DNA of 64,000 nt, taken from the NCBI GenBank assembly GCA_009103225.1, contig RHPI01000017.1, forward strand, positions 113,468 to 177,467, given 5' to 3'. Within the stretch, counting starts at the first letter, position 1, and the number at the start of each line of letters is the position of its first letter. The notes beneath the pieces were generated by a model, which saw only the letters and a list, made by a program, of their open reading frames with translations, had not been told where the DNA came from and searched no databases. The position numbers and the translations under genes are program-made. The DNA is from Chlorokybus atmophyticus (Eukaryota; Plantae; Mesostigma and Chlorokybus algae). Shown in pieces: positions 1-10,595 of the stretch.

Positions 1-1828
1 GCATGCTGAAGCTACAAGTCTTGAAGGCGCACCTCTTTTACTCAACTTTAAAAAAGCTTTTGACAGACTCGATTGGGCATTCGTCACCTGCGTACTTCAA
101 TGTCTTACGTTTTTAAAGACTTTGCTAGATTGGGTACAAACAATCAACGGGGAGGCCGCAGCTGCATCAACATCAATGGTTACCTTTCTGCATCTTTCCA
201 ACTGCAGAGTGTATGACAAGGCTGCCCCCTCGCACCTTCTCTGTTCATCCTCGCCATGGAGGCATTGGGTGCTCTCCGTCGCACTTTCCTCATAATGAGA
301 GGCATCCAGCTCCCCAACCCAGAGGATGGACCCGGTAATGATAGCGAAGTCCGCTACACAGGGTTTGCGGATGACCATAAGGTTTACGTGGTTCGCACAG
401 AGTCAGCATTCGCGGGACTGCAAAGTGCTTGTCCACATACTGCCTGGCATCGCATTCACAACTAAACATGAACAAGTCTACGGGGATAGCATTGGGGCCG
501 GTAACTGGTACGCCCCCCATTCCCTCCACAACCCAGCACCCATGATGAGGTGCTGAGACAACCTCTCTTCCTGAACCCCTGCCTCCTGGACAACAACAAC
601 AAGCCTCCCGCCTGCAGCAGCATCCCTCACGGACACTAGAGTCGATGGGCCTCTGCTGGCTTTATAATGGTACAGGATCCATGGAGCACGACGGCCAGTC
701 CCTTCCACCCAGCAGAGACTCTGATGACATGGCTCCCCCTCTCACTCTCTTCCACACGAGCTCAACTCTCTCTGCTGCGACAGTCTCTTCCCAAAGGCTG
801 GCGGGCTATTCTTTACACCGGGGTAGGCAAGCCGTTATGCGGAGAATAATGCGGCCTACGCCATTACCTACACCATTATACTCTATCACTACAGCCATAC
901 ACATAGAGGAGACATCCCACAACCGCTGCGCGAGCACTGCGTTCACTCTTTAAGGCCCAGAGCAGGACACTCTCACATCCTCCTCTCTCTCTTCACACAG
1001 ATGCCATCATTTGGTCCGGATACGAGTTCTGCCCTCCCCCCCCCCCCCCCCNNNNNNNNNNNNNNNNNNNNNNNNNNNNNNNNNNNNNNNNNNNNNNNNN
1101 NNNNCCCCCCCCCCCCCCCTCCTCCTCAACGCTGGCGCTCCCTGCTCCTCCATCTCCCCTGTGGGTAGCAATCGATGGCTGGCCTTACCCCCATCCCAAC
1201 ACTATAAAGGCTGGCGGGTGGTAGGCTCGGCCCCTCTCCACTCACTGCATGTGGACCCATTACTTATAGAGTGGGTTCTATGCATAGCTAGCGCCACGTA
1301 GCTCACTTCGGGAGTATCGCGCTAAGCTGGGTTATAACATCCTAGCAGCCCGACCTGCCCATCTCTTTCCTGCGCCGAGATAATGGCCTCACCTTCACCT
1401 TAGCAGCAGGAGAACAGTGGACGTCCGCATGGAAGCTGGTCCACTCCTCTCCACACAAAGGAGCAATCCGCTCCTATATGTGGCTTCTTTCACAACGCAC
1501 TCTTTGGATACTTCTACCTCTCCGCGGTCCATCCAGGCTGGCCTAGTAGACTATCCTCTTAGAATGTCACCACATACAATACATTGTTCGTTGTATACAC
1601 TTGATTAGCGTACGTGCAGCTAGGAATCTTGGACTCTTGTCTCATGCTAAATACATTGCTGATTTGCGCGCAAACATTGTCAAAGAGACAAATACAACAC
1701 AATCTCAGGCACAGGGCCTTTCTCAAAGTGATACTTCACCAACTAGGGAGGTATCAACCAGTCAGCAAAGCATGGTAACACAAGGCTCAGGCCCAAGTGG
1801 GGAGGACTCCTCCCCACGTAGTTGACAT
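1..1828 (+). pseudogene. Degraded L1/Tx1-clade LINE ORF2 (reverse transcriptase to zf-RVT/C-terminus)
   Basis: Translating across frameshifts gives LNFKKAFDRLDWAF...INGYLSASF...QGCPLAPSLFILAMEAL...GIQLP...GFADD, then LRQPLFLNP, and after the N-gap WTSAWKLVHS...IRSYMWLL. It contains stops and frameshifts. Confidence 0.85.
1052..1104. other. Assembly gap flanked by poly-C
   Basis: Run of N between C homopolymers. Confidence 1.
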
Positions 1829-1970
1829 GTGAAGGGCCTTCACGTGTCAACTAACGCAGATGTGGAAGATGACGTTCCTGATATATTAGACGAGTTGTCT
1901 CGTGCTTACTCGGAAGACTCGTGGCTTCGCATCTTACTGGGACAAGCGGACTCAGGTCTTGCGTGCAATA
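1829..1970 (+). pseudogene. 5' piece of Gypsy pol remnant (pre-integrase linker), split by element C
   Basis: ILDELSRAYSEDSW...GLACN joins in frame to NNSWYNKSKLVV at 28168 once element C and one ATA copy are removed. Confidence 0.75.
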
Positions 1971-2330
1971 CACACGGCTTGTCGTCCAAGGACCAGGTAT
2001 GGTTCTTTCAAGGACCCCGCGGACCATACCTGGTCCATATTCCGCGGGCAAGGACTGCCTGGTCCGCGGGGGACGGATTGTTCCTGGCCCCGAATAGAGG
2101 TGCGCACTTGCGCACCAGACATGGTGCGGCGGACCAGTCAGGTGCGCTAATGTTTCAATGCAATAACGTATCGTTCCGCGGCTGTCGCGCACCGTACCTA
2201 GTTCGTCGTGAACCGCAAATGGCGCGGCACGGACCAGTGACATTACTAGTCCGTGTACATATAGGCAGTCACGACGCCAGAGGCCTGCTTCTCAGCCAAA
2301 GCTTAAACCGGCCCGGTCATCGTTTTGCGC
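1971..2330 (+). repeat. Left TIR/subterminal GGACCA-motif region of element C
   Basis: Many GGACC/GGTCC motifs and a perfect 14-bp inverted repeat GGACCAGGTATGGT...ACCATACCTGGTCC. Confidence 0.75.
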
Positions 2331-4066
2331 GGTGATTCACACCGTGTTGATGTGCTGTGCAGTGTTGCTTTACGTTGTGTTACAATGACTTGCACCGTTG
2401 AGGTGGTTGTATCAGCCGCGTGTTTTGACGGTGAGAGAGGCGCTGATGGATCAGTGTCTGTGTACGCTTGGTTCGGTCAGTTTACTGTTGTCGATCATGC
2501 TTATAATGGCATGTAACATCGGCGGATGGTGAAGTTTAAACGTATACTTACTGTGCGTAAACCGTGGAGAAGCCTGTTTGTGAGTTGTTTGTTAGCGCTG
2601 TTCGTCTTCGTGGCGTATGTAGTATATCCGTGGATTTTTATCCGCTGCGTTGATATCGACTGTTTGCTGAATGGGTTTTGAGCTGGTTGTTGATGGCAGT
2701 GGCAGCGGCGGCGGGTGCGGTGTCATTGTTGTGCGCGTTATGGCAGCTCACGGTGTTGGCGATGATCATGCGCCATTGAGCGTGTCGTTGTCGCTCGATG
2801 GTCCGCTGCCGTTTATTAGACAGAGTGGCTCGTTTTACCTGGCCGGTTATGAGCAGGTGATCAGTTGACTTGACTCTTGCTGCTGTGTAATCAATGGATG
2901 GTGTGAATGCTTGGCGACTAGGTATGCCAATGTGCTGGTTGTTTGGTTTTGATGTGCGCTGTCTAGGTGTCGTTGGGATGGCCAGCTCTGATAGCTGGTT
3001 CTATTGCTGGTGAGGGGGATGGCGTGAGGGAGCTGCATGTGGCGTTGCTTGGTGGGTTTGGTTTTCGTTATAGTCTGCATCATGTGCGGCGAAGTGGAGG
3101 CATGCAGCTGCGGCTGAGCAGTGATTTGTTGGTTGTGGAGCATGTGGTGGGTGGGGTTGTGTTGGCGCGGTGGGTAATTGCACTCAGTTGTGATATGGAG
3201 CCTGGGCGGCGTCGACATTGGGTTGAACAGTGGCATGATATTGAGTGGTTGCCGTCCGAAGTTGGGCAGTGGAGCATGCATCCTCTGCAAGGCGGAGACA
3301 ATGGTTACGTTAACAACTCTGGATTGCCCCCCCCCCCCCCCCCCCCNTGGCAGCCAGTCTTGCCGCGATAGCCTGGTAAGCATCTGCTTGCACGTTACTT
3401 GCTGTGCCTGTGCCTCCACATCATTGTGATATTGTCCAACATGCATGATGTGATGTACATGGCGTTAAGCTGTTGGCACATGTGGTGCACATGTCATTGC
3501 AGTAGTTGGAGCGCTTCCTCTGCATCCGGCTGCAGGAGGATAGAGGCTGCCCTGGTCGTGTCGGCTAGATGCATTGTGCCAGCATTAATAGCTGGTGGTG
3601 AATATGCAATGATCATCCCGTTGCAGCTGCTGGTGCTAGATTGCGTGTGCACCGTGTGGTTAGGAACTTGTTGATGTACGCTCTTCTGCATGCCTTAATT
3701 GCCTGTGTTGCTGCCGATGCACAGCAGTGTAGTGAATGTGACCATGTCGCAGTGCTGTGCACGAGGTACCTAGTGACCAGGTTGTCTGGCCCGCGTGTAT
3801 GTGACACTCTCGCACTTGGAGCCTGTTGTGTATGCGCATGGGGATGAGTAGTCTCCTGCCTAGGGTGTGATAAGGCTGACAGACAGCGTGCGTGTGCGGG
3901 GCTGCATGAGTCAGTGCATGTGTCATGTTGTCTTGTCTAAACATGTATTGAACTTTGCAATTGTGGCCGTGTAGTGACCTGTGCTAGTTGTCTGTGCATG
4001 TAGCGAACATATAAAGCACTAGGCGGACCATGACAATGGACCGCTACACATTGTGTAGCCTAACCT

Positions 4067-5690
4067 TTGCAGCATCAACCTGCTAAGGTACTCCGAATAC
4101 ACTGGTGGTATACATTCTACAAGGGTGGGGTCTCTGCATGTATCCAATCGATGCCGAGTGCATGCTGCCACGCGTGGAGTGTTCCGCGTGAGGCTGCTTT
4201 GTCGTATACGGGGAACATTTGCTGTGTGACAGACAGTAGATGCTTGGGCAGTGCACTGCCGGTGCTGTGGGGAGACAGTGCTTGAAGGCTTTTCTTCGCA
4301 TGATCGCGTACCACATCGACTTGCAGTTTGGGGCTGGTCTCAAATATTCTGTGTGCCGGAATGTATGCAGACGAAACATGGTACCGCAGAGCACCATGGT
4401 TGGGGACATGTGAGCTGCAGCTCATGGAACGTTCTCCACAATGTAAGGCTTCCCGCTGTTGCGCAAGCGACTGAGAAGGTGTGGTAGCAGAGTGCTGTGA
4501 TTCCATGGCGCCTCGTGCATTGCGCGCTGTGTTGAGATTCGGACACTACTGACCATGCATGGAGTTGGTGCAAGCACAAGTACACACACTCTACCAGAGC
4601 ATACACACAAGGCTGATCCACAAGGCTTTCTAAGGATTACAACAAAGTCATACCGCGGGCTTTTATACCCGCCAGTTCTGCACCTGTCTACTCTAGAAGC
4701 CACCACGACTTCTACACTCAACCGATTCCTGCGCTCTAAGTTGCACCACGTAGGTACTTTCATGAGCTTTCCAACAAGCTATGACACGCGCCATTCAATG
4801 ACGTAACCACCGAGCTACAACGTTTCTTCTACAGCGCCTGGAAGTCTCCAGACTCCGGACTCGACTCCGCGCCTGGAACCTTCTCGACTGAAGTCCTCGC
4901 CTGGACCTTTCTCGATTGGAACCTTCTCGCGCCTGAAGCTTCTCGAGGCGATTTTTATCCACAGGGCAAGCTGACCGGATACAAGAATATCCTCAACACG
5001 CTGCGCATCTGTTATGCAGGCGGTATAGGCTTGACAGGGCGGACTAGCCCAAATGAGGTCATACATGGCGAGATCTACTGTCAAGGCATCTCCTTGCACG
5101 AATGGAAACGGGTACTCCGGCTGTGCATTGATGTCTACACCGGTAAGAATACAGCCCCATGCTAGCGCCGCAGCCGCCGCAGCACAAGTCCAGCACCCGC
5201 GGCCGATGTGGTGGACTATCGCTGCGGAGGTGAGTGTGTGTCATCAGGAGCGGGATCGAGACAGTCCACAGAGGCAATGCATGAAAGGGGGGTTGCACTT
5301 TGCGATGTTGCTGCACACGCTGCCCTCCGACTTGGTGGCAGCTTGTGCTACCATTGTGGGTGAATGTAACGACGATGTTATGCAATGCCATGTTCAGGTG
5401 CTGGATGTCATTTTCATGGAAGCGGACACTGTGACGACCTGCCACCAACCTTAAGTGAGCCTCGCGACATGGGCGCGCTTTGGCCAACACATGGTGCGTC
5501 GGTGTGCATCAGCTCTCACCGCTTTTGCCGTTGTAAGCATAAATTCTGCCACTGTACCAATTGACGTCCTTGGGCCAGTTCACCATGACGCTATACCCAA
5601 AGCACATTTGCCTTCGTGGCAGCGTAGGCGCTATACAGCAGAGCCAGGGGCTGCTCCAGGCTGTAACAAACACATTGGGGGTTAGGAGAT
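4067..5690 (-). pseudogene. Spliced Tudor-domain + phage-type C5 cytosine DNA methyltransferase (disrupted)
   Basis: Motif [20 protein letters not shown], then [21 protein letters not shown], motif [15 protein letters not shown], motif VI GKPYIVENVP, LCGTMFRLHTFRH..RIFE, and C-terminal ALGIDW...CIPPVYSEYL. Upstream Tudor-like VMVNWPKDVNWYSGRIYAYNGKSG|RHSVRFHENDIQHL is joined across a GT-AG intron (5439-5519). Disrupted by frameshifts, a stop codon and a solo LTR. Confidence 0.85.
4530..4998 (-). mobile_element. Solo LTR of Copia family E (469 bp) inserted in the methyltransferase
   Basis: TGTTG...CAACA ends, 5-bp TSD CGCTG (4525-4529, 4999-5003), near-identical reverse complement of the LTR at 16247-16715. 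Confidence 0.97.
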
Positions 5691-6334
5691 CTTCCACCAC
5701 ATTTGCAGGTGCGCAAGCATTGGCCAGGGTTGCTTCATAACATGTGCTCTTGGACTCACCATGTCAGTATCTGTGCTGCTTGAAACAGTTGCGGTGCTCA
5801 AGCGTAGCGTAGCCTGTCTGCATCCACAGCATACGAGTTGCCCCTGCCAACCATGTGTCATGCGACAATGACATATATGTCATGTGAGGTGTGCTGCTGA
5901 ACTGGTTGTGTACCGCAGTTCCAACTTATCTGCCTCTGCTGCTGGGTGGCTTCCGTACTGGCTGCACCCGGTCGCGCATACGGCATACACCGCATAAGAT
6001 GCCCATGCCACTCAAAAGCAGAGCCATGGCAGTCAATGCACTTACCCCAGGTTGAAGAACTCCGGACTGGTGCATCTCTGTTGGCTGCGGCAGTACACTA
6101 TGTGGTGGCCTGCTGCTTGATGATGCCAACAAGCTGCTGTAAAACCAAATCGCAGCAGGTAGGCGTCGCACTGCTTCTAATATCGGTTCAGCCTTGCTCG
6201 CTGTCCATTGTTAACCACGTATGCCTGGTAGACGTCGCAGATCAATGTATTCCACCTCTTCGCCGCCATTGACATGGATGGCAACACAACTGGCGGATAG
6301 TTGGCAACAATGCGGCACTGGCCATCATGTTGGC

Positions 6335-6365
6335 AACCCTAATTTTGTGAGTTAAACCCTAACAA
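6335..6365 (-). promoter_or_regulatory. Telobox pair, putative promoter of the Tudor-DNMT gene
   Basis: AACCCTAA and AAACCCTAA motifs just upstream of the minus-strand coding-like region. Confidence 0.35.
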
Positions 6366-7107
6366 AGCGAGTATTTCATTATCGGAGGTATGAGTCGACG
6401 GCAAGCACGACATCTGTCAGATGTCGTCCATGTTCATGAGAGTCAAGTCTTCAACGTCGCTGTCATCGTCGTCGGCCTCATGGTAAACATAGTCTATTGC
6501 CACATCAGTGTGGCTGCTGACCGCGGGAACAGCATGTTGCCCACATGTCTGTGTCGAGCACGTATCTTGTGCCCCCTCGGTGGCGTTGTTAGCAGCTGCC
6601 GCATTGTGGTTTTCACACCCCAGACAGCTGCAGCTTTCCGTGCACGCTTGTTCAGCTTTCCTGCATTTGCATCATTTGGTGTGCCACCTGCCTGTCTTGC
6701 AACCACACCCTTTCATCAGCAGGTGCCTCCTGCTCATGGCTTGCATGTTGTCTGGCAGGTCTTGCACTGCCGTCCACATGCCGTCCAACTCATAAACATA
6801 AAATCCGTACTAACAGAGGTCTGGCAAACGCATGTCTGACTCATAACTTTGCATCCACATGTGCACTGATTACACTGCACGCAGTGCGTGCAGCCATAGT
6901 GCGTCTACAGTGGGCATGGTGTCTCTGGGAGTTGATATTTTCTTCCACACAGTTTTGTGGATTGCTTCTAGCCAGGTTCACCCAAGGTGGCTTTATCACT
7001 GGTGGTGGCATCAGGTCCGTGGAGCTGATAATACAAGGAAGCAAATGTACCACAGTCGAATGAACTGCGGTATTTCTCGAAATACGCACAACCAAGCAGT
7101 CGCAGCA

Positions 7108-7532
7108 TGTTGAGAGTCATTCCTACATACGATCAGCATCGACCCTCCACACAGGAGTAGAAGGTCGTAAGGACGAGCACTAGGTCCGGACTTAGCAAGA
7201 TGGCGTCGTCGGATCAGACTCCGGACTCCAGACTGGAGCCTTTCTAACTGCTTCATATCTCCGCGTATACCTACTCATATTAGGCGTGTAAGAGCCTGTT
7301 GAGAAGCTCTGATTGTAAGGAAGACAACGCAGCTTAGTGCGCGTCAAAAGGCTGAGTATAGCTTACGCAGTGCTTGCAAACGTAGACGTGTGTTTAACTG
7401 GCTGGTATAAGAACCAGCGGACAACTTGTAATAGATGAATGTGATGTGACTTGTGTATGCTGTGGTGGCGGTAGCTCTGTCTCTGTGTGTCTATGCTTGC
7501 CACAAGTACATGTGCATGCTAGTCCTTCAACA
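7108..7532 (+). repeat. 5' LTR of Copia D
   Basis: 425 bp, TG...CA, repeated at 19100-19532. Confidence 0.97.
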
Positions 7533-7554
7533 GGTTATGGGCCCACACTACGCT
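7533..7554 (+). promoter_or_regulatory. Copia primer-binding site GGTTATGGGCCCA (shared with E at 14399-14420)
   Basis: Copia-type PBS directly after the LTR; 22 nt identical in D and E. Confidence 0.9.
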
Positions 7555-7660
7555 TGAGGAGTGTGAGACTAGCTTGTGTGCATAGTAGTTCCACACTACG
7601 GTAGCTTGTTGGTAGCAGAGCCTTGGGTGTCAACTGCAAGAAAAGGCAGGCACGACAGAG

Positions 7661-9234
7661 ATGGAGGCGACCTACGACAAGGGGCAGATTGCAAAGCTGG
7701 ACACCGACAACTACAACACATGGTGCGTGGAGATGAAGGCCTTGCTCATCCACAAGAAGGTGTGGAAATATGTTTATCTGAAGGCACCACCACCAATACC
7801 AGGAGCGAACACTGTGTGGTCAGAGCATTCAGCAGAAGCACACTCTTTGCTTGTGTTGAACTGCAAACCGCATCACTTTCCCATGCTCACTGCATGTGAA
7901 GATGGTAGACAAGCTTGGGAAAAGCTATTAGCCGTTTTCAGAGCCAAGAACAACGCCAGAAAGTTGCAACTACGCAAGCAGCTGCGCGCACTTAGGAAGG
8001 AGGCAGCGGAACCCATCATAAAGTATGTTGCGCGCGCGAGAGAGTTGTGGGCGGATCTCATTAACGTCGGCCACAACATGGGGGAGACGGAGATTGTGCT
8101 GGCTGTTGTTGCAGGGCTACCAGCAGAGTACGAGGTCGTCGCAACACTGCTGGAGACATCGTCATCAGAGTTGACGCTGGACGATGTACTACCGAAGCTG
8201 CTCACCGTGGAGCAGAGGGTGATGAAGAAGGACGAGCAAGCTGATGCCGTGGCCTTCTACACCAAGAAGCACGGGAAGAAGAGCAACCATGAAGAGAAGA
8301 ACAAGGGCAACAAGCTAGGCAATCCTCGTTACAAAGACCTCACATGCCACTGGTGTGGTTGGAAGGGGCACATTGTGAAGGACTGTAGGAAGAAACAACA
8401 GGGGCAACCTAGAGCAAGCACCAGCAACAGCGGCAACGAGCACCAACACAAGGAGAAACATGTCGCCTTCACTGCATCCAGTTCGAGGGCGGGCACAGCT
8501 TTTTGGGTGGTGGACTCTGGCTGCGATCGTCATCTCACACCAAACAAGGAGGTGATGGAGGGCTACAAGAAGCTGACGTCCACAATCAAGGTGGCGGGCT
8601 TCGGTGCCAAAGTACTGGTGGCTGAGGGAGTTCGCAATGTACGACTCCAGTGCAAGGTTGGTAACACACTACGCGAGGTGTTGTTACGCAACGTCTTGCA
8701 TGTTCCTAAGGCTATTGCGAGTCTATTCTCCGTGAGGGTTGCGGAGCGCTTAGGCGCGGAGATCCTATTTTGGAAGGGTGGCTGCTCAGTCATCCTTGAT
8801 GGGGTCGTGCACATGGTTGGAATTGCTGATCCAGGAGGGCTCTACCACGTGGAGCAGCCTCAAGACAGAGACATTCAAGCTATGGTGGTAAAGGACCAGA
8901 AGTCGCCAACATTGTGGCATTGGAGGTTCGGGCATCTCAGCTACGTCAACCTCACTCGCCTTGTCGCTGAGAAGATGGTCAAGGGCATCCATCTCAGCAC
9001 AGAACTCAAGACTGCATCAGGTGCACTTTGTGAACCATGCCTGGTTGCAAAGCAGCATGCTATGCCATTCCCATCATCCTCTTCTAGCAGTCAGCATCCT
9101 TGCGAGCTTGTGCACATGGATGTCTGTGGCCCTATGCGCATTGTGGCGAAGGGAGGGGCCAGGTACTTTGCTACATTCCTTGACGACTACAGCAAGCTGT
9201 TCATCATCTTTCCATTGACGCTCAAGTCAGAAGT
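7661..9234 (+). CDS. Copia D gag-pol, 5' part (gag, CCHC knuckle, protease, start of integrase)
   Basis: NYNTW, CHWCGWKGHIVKDC, WVVDSGCDRH, LWHWRFGH..CEPC, VHMDVCGP, FLDDYS. Broken at KSEV by element E. Confidence 0.93.
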
Positions 9235-9644
9235 TGTTGAGGATATTCTTGTATCCGGTCAGCTTGCCCTATGGATAAGAATCGCCTCGAGAAGATTCAG
9301 GCGCGAGAAGGTTCCAATCGAGAAAGGTCCAGGCGAGGACTTCAGTCGAGAAGGTTTGTAACGGCGGTGGTCGCGAATCATCCACCGTCAACGTCATCAC
9401 CATTATTACTAACCTAGCTAGAAGTTTCGGTAACTTAGAAGCTTCGTTAGGTGTAGTATAAAAGACGCTCACTGCCTTTGTTAACGCGTTCTGATTTCGC
9501 CTGTCATTTGCCGTTGTCATCTTGCTGCCGCCGTGCATGCCTTTAGTTTAGGTTTGCTTCACTGGTGGAGACGCGGGGTAGGGACAGTGTGTACCCTACC
9601 ACGAACCCAACGACAAAAGCCAGAACCCAGTTCCTACTGCTACG

Positions 9645-10595
9645 ATGGACGCCGAACAGTTCCAGCAGTTCATGACGCTACTGACAGTGACCCTGAGTCG
9701 ACCACCCACAACTGGAGGACAAGATAGACGTGCTAAGCCAGCCCCGTACACCGGAAAGGACGACATCGAGATGTGGCTGGACCACTATTCTAATGTAGCA
9801 GCCTACCACGACTGGGACAATAATCAAAAGGCTCGAGAAATGATGTTGCATTTACAAGGGGAGGCAGCGGCATGGTACCTGATACAGCCAAACGACGTAA
9901 AGGTGAATTGGGATTTGTTAGTGGCAGCCTTAAGAGCTCAGTTTGGACAGCCCAATTCCATTGCAGCAGCGTTACAGAAGCTACACCAGTTGAAACAGTC
10001 AGCCACGGAGAGTGTTACAGCGTTTGCTATTAGATTCAAGCAATTGATTGCCCGTGCGGACCCTACCATGAAGGAAGATGTCAAGTTGAGTTTTCTATGG
10101 CCAAGCATGCAACCTTCATATGCCCAAGTGGTAATGGTTCATGCACCTGCTACCCTGGCGGAAGCTTTCGCCATCGCTCAAAGGATTGAAACGGCACGGC
10201 AGTTAATTAATTTCAAAGCCAAGCCCGCCCCTACTTTGGCTACATTTAACACCCTGCCACCGACCAGTACTTTACAGTCGGTACCTGTCCTCACTGACAC
10301 GGCGAGACCAATGGACGTGGATTCGCAGTCTGCGCAGTACTCACAATCATCAGCGCGCGGAAATCGGACCCCAAATCAGGTACGACAAATGCCGCAGCGA
10401 CTTCCGGAGCGCGATGTCGAGGGACGCCCACGTTGTTTTAACTGTGATCGTTACGGTCACGTCGCCAAGTACTGCCGCGGCCCACGCCGACAGCAGACAC
10501 CTCGTCTTGAACGACAGAACGTTCAATTTGATGAAGATGGAGCCGAGCTGTCAATCCCCGCGCCCCACATGTTGCAGGAAAACGGTCAAGCGTGA
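9645..10595 (+). CDS. Gypsy F gag
   Basis: Open 316-aa ORF with retrotransposon gag fold motifs (YTGKDDIEMWL, LQGEAAAWY) and CFNCDRYGHVAKYC knuckle. Confidence 0.93.
   Translation: MDAEQFQQFMTLLTVTLSRPPTTGGQDRRAKPAPYTGKDDIEMWLDHYSNVAAYHDWDNNQKAREMMLHLQGEAAAWYLIQPNDVKVNWDLLVAALRAQFGQPNSIAAALQKLHQLKQSATESVTAFAIRFKQLIARADPTMKEDVKLSFLWPSMQPSYAQVVMVHAPATLAEAFAIAQRIETARQLINFKAKPAPTLATFNTLPPTSTLQSVPVLTDTARPMDVDSQSAQYSQSSARGNRTPNQVRQMPQRLPERDVEGRPRCFNCDRYGHVAKYCRGPRRQQTPRLERQNVQFDEDGAELSIPAPHMLQENGQA

Noticed and set aside
1829-2335. 168-aa ORF as a real gene
   Set aside because: It is a chimera of the Gypsy fragment and non-coding TIR sequence across the 1970/1971 junction.
4422-5099. ORFs repeated at several loci ([10 protein letters not shown]..., MHGVGASTST...)
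   Set aside because: They are incidental frames through LTR copies.
4067-5300. Bacterial or phage contamination explaining the methyltransferase
   Set aside because: It carries a host LTR with TSD, has a spliceosomal intron just upstream and is contiguous with eukaryotic transposon sequence.
7214-7228. 14-nt CAGACTCCGGACTC shared in opposite orientation by D and E LTRs
   Set aside because: Too short to support homology or function by eye; noted only.
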